This document shows, one piece after another, positions 48,577 to 61,617 of a DNA stretch of 64,000 nt; position 1 is the first letter of the stretch, and each line of letters starts with the position of its first letter. The notes under the pieces are model-generated. The model worked only from the letters and a program-made list of their open reading frames with translations, made no database searches and had not been told where the DNA came from. The DNA is from Thalia democratica. Its lineage: Eukaryota. Made by a program: the position numbers and the translations under genes. Where the stretch lies: the NCBI GenBank assembly GCA_965202585.1, contig OZ241832.1, positions 31,000,001 through 31,064,000 of the forward strand. Reading direction: 5' to 3'.

Positions 48577-51061
48577 TATTTTAGACATTAGTAGCAGACT
48601 TTATTTTATGAAAGTTTTTTAATTTTATTTGATCTTTTAAAATAATTCTTATTTAACCTGGTTTGTATTGTATTTAAGTAGTCTTTTTATAATAACAACT
48701 GTATTAAGCTATTTATTCTAAAACAGGTTTGCATAATGCCTAATAAATATTAATTTACGGTAAACTTCCTCTTGAGTTCGAACTTTTTACCCAAAAAAAT
48801 TGCAAATTTATATTTTCTTAAATTTAACTAAAGTAAATCCTATTACTAACTAAATATTAATAAAACAAATTATATATAATATTTAATAGCTTATATAGAT
48901 TTTTTTCTTTTAATTAAAGTTTGTTTTATGTTTTAGTTGATTTCATGTTTTTTCATAACATTATTGCATATAACACATTGAAATTTGTCATTTTGTAAAA
49001 GAAACGTGGTAATAATTTTTCAAGTTTGCAGTTTTTGATTTTTTTTTTAAGTCCGAACTCAAGAGGAAGTCTACTATAATTATTAAATGGTTTATGTTTT
49101 AAAGTTGTTAATAGTTTTATTTCGACCTGGTTAATTTTGTAGTTCATATTCGTCGTTTTACATTACACTAAAAGTTTTTATAGCATAGTGACCAAAATAT
49201 TTGTTTGAAAGACCTTTATTTGACAGGTTTTTGTTATTACTTGTTTAATCTGTATATAACTTATATCACTATATAACTATTATCTGATTGTAAAATTTTG
49301 ATAACCATTAAAATTTTTATTTCTAAAAATAATTTTTTGGTGTTAAAAGAGTATAAATTTGAGGCCTCTATTTGAAATGACAAATATGTTTTTGTTATGA
49401 CAACTTTTACGTTTTCATTTAAAAGTTTCTTAAACTCAATTTTTTTTTCTAACTTGATTTACTATTGTTAAAAATATTTTATCATATAAGGAGTTTTAAA
49501 CTGTTCATACAAATATTTTTTGTTTTATCTTAATTCAATATATATATTAGCAATTAGAATATACTTAGTTTATTTAAATATTTCAACACTAGCTTTTAGT
49601 TTTTCACTATTTTCCTCTGTTAAACTATCATAGGCTAATAGCTAGAAAAAACAACTTTTTAAACAGTATAAAATAAGCCATCAAAAAGACTGCTACAATT
49701 ACAAAACTAAATTTTAACCTAGTTAAAAGTCTTTTTTAATTGATTACTTTCTGTTCACAGAATTAACTGTCAAACATTGGATTTTTTTTTGAATTTAAAT
49801 AAAGAAAAAAAAAAAGTTAGAATTAAGGTTTAGTTCCCTAAAGATTATTCCCAGTCAAATACTATTTCATGGTATTCTACTACGAAGAAAATAGTTTAAA
49901 AAGTTTAAAATTAAAGTTTTAACTTTACAACTAACTTGCTTACAATATATCATAGCATTGAAATTATAAATTTACTGCATTAACTTGATGAAACCACTTT
50001 TCATGTGAGATAATCAACCAGTCAGTCAAAGTTCCTCAAACTAGATCTAAAATTATTTTTCAATTTTTATTTTATTATGTGTAAAATAAACTGTTTATTT
50101 TTTTATGGTTTTTTAATCTCTGGTATAGTTATTTTAGAATATGCCTATTTATAAAGTAATTTAAGTATTTTGTGCGGCTTAAATAAGTTACTTAGTATTA
50201 AATTCTAAATGTCCAAAATTCGTTATATGAGATATTATTATAATGTCAGGCTTCATTTAAGATTTCAGATAGGTAACGTACTACTCAGATCTAGTCGCAG
50301 ATCCAGTCGATTTTCGACCCGCTAAGTAAATTGAAAACTACTTGTGTAAATAAAATTTAGTTCTTTGATACTTACCATTTTGAAATACACTTTCATTTCG
50401 TTTTCAGTTCACAATAGCATTTCCTAGATCACAATAATACTAAATAATTTTATTACAATTTTGCTCGAGTTTTTTAATTTTCTTATTTGTTATTTTCTAA
50501 ATCATGCAGCCCGCAATTACATTTTTTAACGAGTTGAAACTAGAAAGGATTTGTTAGTAAATATGAGTTGCTCACTACAAAAGTTGTCCACCACTGACCT
50601 AAAAGTTTTATTAGTTTCAAAACAGTTCATATTTAAACAGGATTGATTACAGATTACACGAGGCTTTTTAATATTAAAGTATTTTATACACTTTACTGGG
50701 CTTCTAAGAAAATAACTGTGAATTATTTTCTAAAGCCCTGTAAATTACTTTGAACACAAAAGTGCGTGCATAGGAAGTACTAGACTAAATTACATTTGAA
50801 CACAATTTTTTTTTATCTCAAAAGCTTGTACTAAAAAGAAAAACTACATTGTAAAATCGTGGGGGTGATTTTTTTTCAAATTACTGAAAAGGGGGCGATT
50901 TAGTAAATGAGTTTGGGAAACCCTGATCTAGCGCCTCAGATGGTAATTTAAAAAAATGTATATGGTTTAATTAAATTAAAAACATTTTTTTTTTAGAACC
51001 AGTTTTTTTTCTGTTTAAAGCGTTTAATTTTTCTAGTAACCACTAACAAAACTATTTAGGT

Positions 51062-52465
51062 ATGCAGAACCGAATATTAAGTATGAACGTTACAGCTACA
51101 AGATTAAACAAACTTTCCCTCAATGAAAATGCAAGTAGTACAACTTGTACAATTTTAAAAGAAAAATTACAGTGTAAAAATGCTGCTTCTGTTTACCAGT
51201 TTGTGAATCTGTTCAATCTATCTAGCCTCAAAAATTCAACCTTTAGCTATATACAACGTTGTTTTACAATTGTTAGTGATAAAAAAGGCTTTTTAGATAT
51301 AGATTATAATTTTATTTCTAAAATACTTGCAAGTTCTCAACTTCTAATTACTTCAGAAATTGAAGTACTTAAGGTAGTTGTAAGATGGCTAAACCACAAC
51401 ATTGAAGAACGTAGCAAGTACGCTGAAGATCTTTTATTAAAAGTTCGTCTTCATTTGCTTTCAACAGAAACTATAAGACATCTTTTAAATGATTCAAAAT
51501 TATTTGAAGAAGATGATGGTTGTTTTAAAATATTAAAGAAAATTCTAGATTGCAAAAAAATAAAAAATCATAAACCTTCAAGTATTTATCTCACAAGTAG
51601 GTATTGCAAGCAAAAATATTTTAAAATACTGGTTTTAGGGGGTTATGATTTAAAAACAAAAATGATTTGTAGCAACGTAAGTAGTTTTAATGTTAAAAAA
51701 GTAGATGTAGAGACTTATCCACCAATGAAAACGGAACGTGATCATTCAAAAGTAGTTTATTTAAAAGGTGATGTTTTTGTTATTGGTGGTCGGAATAATA
51801 GTGGTTGGATAAAGTCTGTTGATAAATATTCACTTACTTCTAAAGCATGGAGTCAGGTAGCTGAAATGAATGATGTTCTTAAATATTTTTGTGTTTGTGC
51901 ATTTATGGACAAAATATTTATTATTGGAGGTAACAAACATAGAGTAGAAACCAATTCTTGTTTACAATTTGATACAAGTGATTGCAGTTGGAAAGAATTT
52001 GCTAGAATGAACGAAGCAAGATCAAGTGCAGCTTGTGCAGTTTTTGAAGAAAGAATCGTAGTTTGCGGTGGATACAATGGCAACCATAGAAACTTCTCAA
52101 ATTCTGTTGAATCATATGATGTTCTTCCAAATAAATGGTCAACAATGCCAAATATGAACTCTGGTAAATTTAGACACAGTTTAGTTGTTGTTAAAAACAA
52201 ATTATTTGTAATTTCACAGACAAAAGACGGTTGTGAAGTTTTTGACAACACTTGTAAAAAGTTTATCACTATAAAACCACCAGAATTTTACTACTCGTTT
52301 AATTGTATAAAATCTTTTTCTATTGAAAACAAAATTTTTATCTTACCAGAAAACTATTTGAAAATTATTTCTTTCGATCCTAACGAAATTGAATGGTCGG
52401 AAGAATCTTGTGAAGTAACAAGTAAACTTGTATATTTTTCTAGCGTGAAAATACCTTGTTTGTAA
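51062..52465 (+). CDS. Kelch-like protein copy 5 (BACK + six Kelch blades), 467 aa, intact
   Basis: Uninterrupted ORF with the same domain signatures. It can be joined in frame to the 46981 ORF through 47165 GT...AG 51059. Confidence 0.92.
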   Translation: MQNRILSMNVTATRLNKLSLNENASSTTCTILKEKLQCKNAASVYQFVNLFNLSSLKNSTFSYIQRCFTIVSDKKGFLDIDYNFISKILASSQLLITSEIEVLKVVVRWLNHNIEERSKYAEDLLLKVRLHLLSTETIRHLLNDSKLFEEDDGCFKILKKILDCKKIKNHKPSSIYLTSRYCKQKYFKILVLGGYDLKTKMICSNVSSFNVKKVDVETYPPMKTERDHSKVVYLKGDVFVIGGRNNSGWIKSVDKYSLTSKAWSQVAEMNDVLKYFCVCAFMDKIFIIGGNKHRVETNSCLQFDTSDCSWKEFARMNEARSSAACAVFEERIVVCGGYNGNHRNFSNSVESYDVLPNKWSTMPNMNSGKFRHSLVVVKNKLFVISQTKDGCEVFDNTCKKFITIKPPEFYYSFNCIKSFSIENKIFILPENYLKIISFDPNEIEWSEESCEVTSKLVYFSSVKIPCL

Positions 52466-55400
52466 AAACAATTATCATATTTGAAGTCTCAAAATTAAAA
52501 AAAAAGTTTTAAATTATAGTTTTGATTAATTTCAAACTAACTAGATTACATAAAAAAATACAATAAATATTGTTCTCAAATCTTTGAATTTATATAGTAT
52601 AATAATATTTTGAAATTTGATTTTTGTTCCTAAAATGGATCAATAGTTTGAATCAACGATTATTGAGCACTTTGTTTTCTTGTGATTTCTTAATTTTTTT
52701 TATTGCGAAACTTCAGTTTAAAAGTTTGTTTAGTTTTTTTTTGACTAATAAACAGTGTTGTTTTTTATTGTGTATTTTGCTTTACGACGTTTAAAACAGA
52801 GGTCGAAGTAGACAAATATTAAAACTAAACCAATTCTTTTTTATACAAAATTTTATAGTTTCCAAATCTACTTATTCTTAGATAATCTATAAAGGTTACT
52901 TTAGCTCATAGAAATTTGTCATTTTTGTACGGTGTCACTTATACATAACGTTTTTGTATGAGACTTAGTTTATTAGTGACATTTGTGGACATATCAGAGT
53001 TTTTGCACAGAAATTCATTTTGCAGGGCATAACTTTTGTATATTAATAGTTTTTACAAAAGTAATTAAACAAAATAAATACAAGAATTAATCTGTTTTAG
53101 AAAAAATATTTAGCAAAAAGAATATAAAAACTATGCTTAAACAATTTCTAGATAATTTAAAGATATAAAAAAAGGATTAAAATAAACTTGAGTGAAAATC
53201 AGGCTACAATTATTTTTTTATAAAACCTTTTTTAAATTCTATGACATTCATACAACTGTAATATGACACTAAATTCAATTGCAGACAAAACAAAAGTATA
53301 AACAGTATTTAAATACCAATAAACCAACAACTTTCATATATTTGAGTGGTATTTATAGACTTTTTTTATGCAATACTTTACTAAATATTTATTTTATGTT
53401 ATTAAGTATAAAACGCAACGTTGTTACATAAAAGTATGATCAATTTAGTAGACTATATCAGCACAAATGTTTGTTAGCATCGACAATTTTTAATTTATAA
53501 TTATACTTAAATAAAATTTTATTTAAAAGTTAGTGAACATTCTAAGCTTAAATGTATTCTTAAAATATTGGTTTTAATCGAGTAAAACTTATTTTGATCT
53601 TAGTGCTCAATTTACTAGCAGTCTTTGAAAGGTTTGTTTATCAGATGAAGTTTTTATACATTTAGTTTCATTAAAGATTAATTAAGAACAATTTTACGTG
53701 AAGCTAGTTTTAATTTCTATATGATTTCTAAAATAAAACTTAAATTAATTTCTTTAAAACAACTATTTTTTTTTAATTGCTCTAATAGTCGCCAGACTGG
53801 AAATCAGCAAATTGCCAAACATTACTCGAGCATGGAATTAAAGTTAAAACAAACAAAAATTTTCTCACTATTTATTTATAATAATAAAAATAAAGCTTGT
53901 GCATCTAATGCTCCTTGCCTATATATTTCGAATTAATTTTAATAAGTTAGTGAAATTCAATATTTATATTTAAGCTTTCTGTTTATTTTTTAAAATGTGT
54001 CAAATATATTAACTTTAATATGTATCAACGATCCTATAGTTGTTGAAATATAACTTTTTTATATCTAAAACGAAATTTGTCAAAACCTGTTCACATATTT
54101 AAGTATTCTGGATTATTTAATAAATACATGATACAAAAACACTTCAATTTATAAACAAAACTTCAGTTTTTGCTGTTGTTAAACCAACTTTCTAATTCTG
54201 TTAAAAATTTTAAACAATGCTTGTTTGGTTTATTTATTATAATGAAAATTTATTACATTGTTGATTGTTCCAGAAAACCTACTACTTACTTGGCTAAATA
54301 GTAATTATAATCTATACTTACTGAGCAGAAATTACAGTTTTTATACAATGAAAGTGAGAGAACGAGTAGTAAAAGTTTCAATTTAAACAGCTTGTAAAAA
54401 ATTAATTGAACCAATTATAAACTTTTATCAACAGTTCAAATCTTAGAAAAGGGATATTGTTGTAAAAACATGCGAGTTACTTACGTAATAGAAATTCAAA
54501 TGCATGAGAACAAAAAATCTACTTTGATCTACTGATGAAAGGAAAATGTTTTCTTTGAAATGTCAGTACGTATTATGCAAAAAATTTACAACTCTGTTCT
54601 AACTAATCAATTTGATTTTCTGATGAAGAAAACCTATTTATTTAAATTGCGAATAAAATATACTCATAGTTATTCGTCAGTTGTCTCTTACGTCATAGTC
54701 CACAGTTTTCACAAACAAGTTTTGAACAAAACTTTAACTAAATATCTCAGTATAATAAACTGTTAAGATTTTGTACTTAGGTGTCAAAAAATCCTCGAAA
54801 AAATTAAAAAGATGTCTGACTTAAATATTTAAAATTTAATATTTTTAGCTAGTGATCGTTTTCCGAAACTTTTTTATTAATATACGCCATATAGTTTAAT
54901 ATTTTGTTTATATGTCTTATAATTTAATATTTTAAATCTAAGTTAAAAAAACATAAGTATTTTAAGAATAAAGTTAATTATAATCTTTTTTAAAGTTAAA
55001 TTGTTTTAATTGATAATATTCCGTTCAAATTTTATTACTAAATATTTTAGTTTAGATTTTAACTAACTACGGTTATTTAACTTGAAAAAATCTTATCATT
55101 ATCGCTGAAAAATTCCTTCAAATTTAAATGTTTTTGATGACTTAACAGACATTTTAACGACGTGTGGTAGTTTTGTTAAGGTTGATAGAATTTATAAATA
55201 TTTATAAGAACCCTTAATTTGACACTTTTAAAAACAACTTAATAAGATTTAAGTACCATAATAAGTAAATAAATTATAAGTAAAAGTTAAATTAATCTGA
55301 TAAATATTTCTGGTAATTAGTTCTGCTAAGCATTAAATTTTTTCAAGTTAGCATCTGCTTCAATAAGACTTACCCAAAGCCACTGCAGAGCAGTAAACGG

Positions 55401-55930
55401 TTAGAAATACTAAATGTAAGCAATTTTAAAAAATGTCTAGAACATAGTAAGTTTATGATTTGCTTAAAAATCTTAAGATTTAACTTTTTCTAAAGATTAT
55501 TTTGGTAAGGAACCGATGATTTTATTGATTCAAAAACACTTACTGTCTTAAAAATAATAAGGTGACTTTTACTTATTACCACAAATCTTGCTACTTGTAA
55601 ACTTTGTTTAATACAACATAGTATAGTTCACAAGTTATACTTTAAAGTTCTGAAGTAACAATCTGTTTTTTAATTGAAATATACTAACAAATAATATCTT
55701 CAATTATATTATAACATCCAGTCTACTTTTAAGTTTTTATAAAACTAGTATTTTTAGTAGAATAACCACTATGTAAACGAAACCAAATATTTTATTTATA
55801 GTTATATGAATCGTAACTAATAACGTTAAAAAAACTTTTACAAAGTAAAGAATAGAGAAATATTTTAAAAACAATAAAAACTTCAAAGACTTGATTTGGG
55901 TACCTGCACTCAATTTAATTTCTTTGTCGT

Positions 55931-57343
55931 TCAAATTCCTGGGTTTGATCCGTGATGTCCTAAACTGTGAGTCTGATTATTTTGTGCTGATGCTTGGTTT
56001 CCCTGAGAATGTTTTCTTGAAGATGCTTGGTTGTTTTGAATTTGATTGTTACCACTACTTTCAGCAAGTTGTCTGTTTTGCATTCGTTGCAAACGTTCAT
56101 TAGTAAAGTGCACTGCGATTTGATAGAGAAAACCGTTAATATTCGGCGTAGGCTGTATCTGGTTCAAAAAGTTGCAGTAGTTTACATGGTTTTGTTAGTG
56201 GTAGTCATAATCATCAGCAACGCGAATTGTTTGATGAATGTTGTAAACATTTAAAGGAATGTTGGGCGTACTGTTTATTATTGGTTGGTTTTGAAAAAGC
56301 TGATTTGATGAACTGCTTAGATCTTGTTGATTAACTCGATTTGTTGTATTACTAACTGCGGAAGTTGAAGGTTCACTATCCGCTTTTAACAAACGTCGAG
56401 CTCTTTGGTGTTTGTTTATAAATCTTTGATATTTAATTTCTGGCTCATCCAAATCCTTTATATTATAGAACCAAATTTCAATTTTTAACTCGTCAATACC
56501 AATTTCTCTCGCTATCTCTTTCATTTTTTCAACTGGCAACTCTTTGACATTGCAGTACTTTTCAAAGGACTCTTCCAATGTTCGCTTTTCATTTTCGCTG
56601 TACTCAAACGTGTAAGCAACCGAGCTTTGTATTTTGAGTTTTTTTCTTCTGTTTTGAAAGTATCGAAAGACTGCCAGTTTTTATGCTTTCAATACGCGGC
56701 TTATAGTAGCATATTCTGATAGTGGCGGTTTTGGGTTTAAACTAAAATACACTTTTGTTAATGGAACTTGATTTTTCTCCAAATTTTTTCTTCCCAAACT
56801 CATTCTATGCATTTTATTGAACCATTTCCACAAAAAGTCTCTGCTTTCCCCAGTAATATCTGACAAAAAGTTAATATCAGTGTCTTTCGGGTACATATTG
56901 TCAAGAAAGAATTTGGCCAGCAGTTTTTCGCAACGTTCGTCGTCACTCAAAGAAGTTTCTCGACTGCTGGTATTCAGCGTGCTTGTCAATGAAACGTCTG
57001 GTGATTCTTGAGTCAGATCAATTACATTGGATCCTGCTAGAGGAAGAGTTAGAGGTTTTTAAAGTTTTTTAATGGACTGTATGTCTTGAGGTCTTTCTTT
57101 TACAAGTTTGCTAATAGATGGTAATTTAGATGGTATGTCTTGAGGTCTTTCGTCTGTAAATTTGCTAGTCGACATCATGTCTTTAGGTTTTTCGTCTGAA
57201 AATTTACTAGTGGATGGTATTTCTTGAGGTCTTTCGTCTGCTAATTTGCTTGTTGACGGTATGTCTGATGACTTAAAACTGTTAAGATTATCTGAAAAAC
57301 AACTTGAAGAAGCTCCACTGCAATCTTTTGAAATTTTATACAT
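55931..57343 (-). pseudogene. Second full-length copy of the triple-homeodomain gene, with three in-frame TAA codons
   Basis: ORF-track fragments 57059-57343, 56681-56989, 56195-56578 and 55931-56167 all lie in one frame. The stops at 57059, 56681 and 56195 align to AAA, GAA and TAT in the 41-kb copy. Confidence 0.9.
57070..57270 (-). repeat. Coding 42-bp minisatellite (ERPQ.IPSTSKF), about 4.5 copies with an internal 12-bp insertion
   Basis: Translated repeats in ORF 57059-57343. Confidence 0.9.
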
Positions 57344-59694
57344 TTTTTTGATTTGAGCGTTTATTAGTTTTCGTTGGGGTTTTGTAATTGGATTTTCTGG
57401 AAATTTAGTTATTTAGTTTTAAGTACTTAATTTTTTTTTTATAGTTGAATAGAAGTGTGCAAATTAAACACTTTATTTACGACCCGGTTTTGAAACCGGA
57501 CAAGTGCACACTACTATTCAAATAAGCTTTTTACATAAAGTAAATTGAGCAATCATTTTAGATAAGAAAAATAACTGTATAGTTTATAGGTATCAGAAAA
57601 TTTTAATGAAATAAAATTTATAAAACTATACTTGTAATTTAAACCTTAAAATTAACTTTGTGTAGCTAGAAATACAGATTTTTACTAAATATATTTTGAT
57701 TTTTGTTACGTAATTAGTTTTATATAAAACACTTATAAAGTTATGATGAAATCTTCCTAAAATTTATACTTTTTTATTAGGGTAAGTTATGTTTATTGAT
57801 TTACTTAAATTTATACTAAAAAGATAAATAGCCTCAATAAAGTTTAATCTTATTATTCAACTAAAATACATGTTAAACTCTAAATTAAATAAAAAGTTAA
57901 ATGTTATTTTTAAAATATTACCTTTTAATTAAAGATAAATAGAAAAGCAAGTAAAAATAAACTAACTATTCAAAAACTTTTGATTATATTCATTACTTGA
58001 GGGTGCTTTACCAGTGCTTTCGTTGAACGCTAAAAAAATTTATATTTTTTTATTTTACTACCTAATAAAAAGTAAATTTCTAAACAATGCTACTTACTTA
58101 TCTTTCTAGTCACAATTTTAAAGTTATCAAATTCTTTATATTGTTTTGAGATATTTTAATTTCACACAATTTTGTTGCAATATTTTCAATGTCTTGTTGT
58201 TGTTTTAAAAGTTCTCTTTGTATTTGCGATAGTTTTTCCTCGACAGCTAAAGGAATATTAGTTTTTTGAAACCTTTAATATGTTTTAATGCTTTTCAATG
58301 ACTTTCAATAACTTTTTTAAATAACCTAAACAGTTTTATGGCTATTTAAACTGTTATTGTTATACAAACTGTTTGGTATTTAAAAGAAAAACATAAAGCA
58401 AAAAGTAAAAACATATATAAGAAATATATTAACCAATTAAAAAAAAATATTTTAAATAATTTTTTTAACATAATATATATAAAAAATAAATTGTATTTAT
58501 ATAAGTAAGTGTAAGTATATATAAGTATGTAAGAGTGCTTTGCAAATAACTTGAAACAAAAGCGATAATTAAAATATTTTTTTGAAAGTAGTTAAGAGCT
58601 TTTTACACAAAGTTTGATCATTCCATAATTATAATGAGTTGTATCACATTAGTGTAGACTTTTTTATTTTATAAACTAAGATAATAATTGAAAATGTAGC
58701 AGGCACTTTTTTTAAAATGACACTAAACTTGTAAATAAAAAACACTAATTTGCTAAGTGAAATATTTAAAATAAACATCTACGTGATTTAAACCAAAGCG
58801 CTTGCATTGTTTTATTGACTACTATTGCAAATTTACAACACGCTTTTGTAAATAAACAATTTTCAGCTAACTTGATCTTATATCTAACTAACTCACTAAG
58901 AGGCAAGTGTTGCACTGGATGTTCAACTAATGATACTATTGTTAAACAAAAAGTATTTAAAAAAGCTTATGAAAAAAGTCTACACTTGTTTAGTCTAAAC
59001 TGAAAAAATTATTATATTATTTTAAATATATTAAAATATTTATAAATATTTAAAATTTAAAAAATTATTACATATTTTACAAGGTACAACTCATAATTCG
59101 AATAGTAGTAGAATCGTTAACAGAAAATAATTTTAATGTTTTCTTAAAAATATACTTTACAGTTTTTAGTTAAAAATTTTAGTTTTTATTTTTAGTATTA
59201 GTTGAAAAACTATTATTTTTGGTGCTTTTAAAACTGTATGGTCACATTTTAAAATATTTTATAATTTTAGCACTTTCGAATAAAACAGAATTTATTTTTT
59301 ATTTCATACTTCGTAAAGTTAGAATTTATTTCATCAATTATTAAAAAAATTGTGCACAAGTTAAAATTTATTAAATGATTTATACTGTGCTTTAGACGAA
59401 TTGAAACAAACTAATCAATTTAATTCAAAAGTAACTTTATTTTACTATTTTAAACATTGTTAACAAAATTTAAACATATTCTGAACTAACAAAGTTTATT
59501 TAAATTTTTACAAAGGACTTTACAATAAATGATTACAGTTTTATATTTTGTATTTTAACTTGTAGACCATAAGTATTCTTTAAAGTTCGTAATTCTTTTT
59601 ATTTATAGTAATAAGTAGAAACTGTTAGATTGACAATTTTTCTAAGTGGTTTCCGCAAGCTAAAAAAAAACTTTTTTTACACTTTTAATTTTAA

Positions 59695-59960
59695 ACAATT
59701 GTATTTAAAGCTTAAATAAAAAACTACTTTGTATTAAAATTATAATTAGTAATATTTTTTTGTATTTTTTTAAACTTTTGTTGTTTTAAAGATTGTATTT
59801 AAAGCTAAAATAGAAAAACACTTAGTTGTTATAATTATAACTATTAATTTGTTTATGTATCATTTTTTTAATACTTTTGTTGTTTAAAAAGTTGTATTTA
59901 AAGCTAAAATAAAAAAGGATTTAGTATTATAATTATAACTAGTGTTTTTTTTATGTATCT
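59695..59960. repeat. Degenerate tandem repeat, about 95-99 bp x 3
   Basis: ttgtatttaaagct(t/a)aaata recurs at 59699, 59793 and 59892, each followed by ...attataa(c/t)ta....ttttg. Confidence 0.8.
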
Positions 59961-61617
59961 ACATAAAACTTGTCGCCTGGTTAAATTGTACAGAAATTGT
60001 ATAGTGTTACAGAATGTATTCTATAAAACAATTGAACTCAGTTAAAGTTATTTTTAGAAACGACAATGAATATTAGTTAGAAATCCAAAAACATTTGTAT
60101 CTTTATACAAGTAGATACGACAAAAACTTCAAATTTAAAAATTATTTAAATAAAACAACTAATGTTGTAATGCACTATTAAGGTAGATTATTTTTTAGTA
60201 AGTATATACTGAATACAAGTGGTGACGCGTGGTATTTTTGTTAAGGGTTACTGAAAAATTACTCATTTGAAAAATCCCTAACTTAAAACTTTTGTTTTGA
60301 GCTACGAGCGCTTGTTGTATCGCTTGTAGCTTTACTTTCTAGCAGACACGTTTCATTTTTCGTGTTACTGCTACTTGGCCCATTGCAGTTGCTTCGCTTG
60401 CTAGCTTAACCCGCTTTCGTGGCTTGCACGTCTGCTCGCTTAAACATTTAGATTTTGATAGATTTTATTGCTTAATTTTTGATAGTTTGTTTACAATTAG
60501 AAGTTTTTTTTTTATAAACGTTCAAATTTTTATTTTAATTTACATAGTGCTGAAATTCTAAAAGAAAATATTGAAATTTTGGGTATGTTCAATTAACACA
60601 GATTGAGCTTGCAGCTTCAACATTACGAAAAATTTGAGCATCAAATTTAATTACTAAAATTAATCAAATGCAGCGGGAAGATTAACGACGTTCTGTTATA
60701 TTTTGGTTGTATGTTTTGTATATATTTATTTATGCATAACTTTCCTAGTTTTTAAGCTGAGATGTTAAATCAATTAAAATATCAATCTCTAGGATTTAAA
60801 ATGAAGTAATTTTAGTTTAGCATTGGGTCCTACAGTTGAAGCAGGGCCTTTTTTAAAATAGCGTCTACACAACTATAAACTTTTAATACACATTCCTTTT
60901 GTCTTGTACTTTTTCTGAAGCAGCCATAGCTTAAGCGTTCTATTGCACGCGACGCCCCTGGTTTGAACGACTGTTTCTGCCTAAAAAAAGTTAAACCTAG
61001 TAATAGACATCATTGTCGACGAATGGTTTTTTTCATATACTGCGAAAACATACAAGCATCAAAAAACTGTAATTTCATACTTTGAAACTAACTTTACGGA
61101 ACAAAAAACAGCAAATTGTTAGATAGCAAAAGTGTTAATTTCTTTTACAGTTTTATAATGCTAGAATAAGGTTTTTAAACTTTCCTAGGTAGAGCATCTG
61201 CTCCAAGGTTTCGCTATTAACTTGTTAAAAATCATTATGGTTAGTGTTAAAAAAGGTCCTGTTGTTACGTTGAAGTGCTTCTCCTAATATTCGCTGAGTC
61301 AGCAAACTTTTTAAAACCTTTTTTTTTTAATTATATCTTATCCTTAACCTATCTTATCCAAACACATTAATAATGATAAAAAATATTTTTGATAACTTAA
61401 ATAAAAATCATTAAAAATCTTTATTATTTGGCCGATTCAGCAAGAAAAAAGGGTAACACCTTAATGTTTTGACAAGGCTCTGCGAAAAAGTTCTTGGCAA
61501 AAAGTGTTTAGTGATTACTTTAATAAATTTCAATTTTACTTCCGGGGATTTTTTAAAAAATAACACAGTGCTTTCAACCAAGTTAGCTCAACATTAGCAG
61601 CGCACCTGGTAAACTTA

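Larger units (their letters stand above)
47563..50925 (+). mobile_element. Defective hAT transposon of the Buster/Charlie group with secondary insertions
   Basis: Terminal inverted repeats cagggtttcccaaa / tttgggaaaccctg, subterminal gggggcgat repeats at both ends, NNNTANNN target sites (gtttagag left, atctagcg right), and an internal transposase C-terminus. Confidence 0.9.

Noticed and set aside
2780-52269. Minus-strand ORFs overlapping Kelch genes (2780-3001, 12904-13128, 13080-13307, 13332-13550, 13591-14010, 18935-19150, 33449-34530, 51853-52269)
   Set aside because: Antisense shadows of the Kelch frame; their similarity to each other only mirrors sense-strand conservation, and their starts and lengths vary.
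1758-52465. Poxvirus/NCLDV origin of the intronless AT-rich Kelch array
   Set aside because: Low gene density, eukaryotic LINE/PLE/hAT insertions, splice signals and no viral core genes.
39949-57011. Plus-strand ORFs over the homeobox genes (39949, 40109, 40850, 55891, 56027, 56817) and alternative-frame ORF 41195-41410
   Set aside because: Shadows or alternate frames of the homeobox coding sequence and its repeat array.
55931-57343. Possible TAA reassignment or read-through (ciliate-type code)
   Set aside because: The three TAAs align to three different residues (K, E, Y), and TAA is the normal terminator of the intact Kelch ORFs.
3449-59003. Remaining short ORFs (3449, 4087, 5206, 14292, 38529, 48953, 53721, 54560, 55737, 58815)
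   Set aside because: 60-85 aa, AT-biased composition, no motifs, and frames not preserved in paralogous units where those exist.
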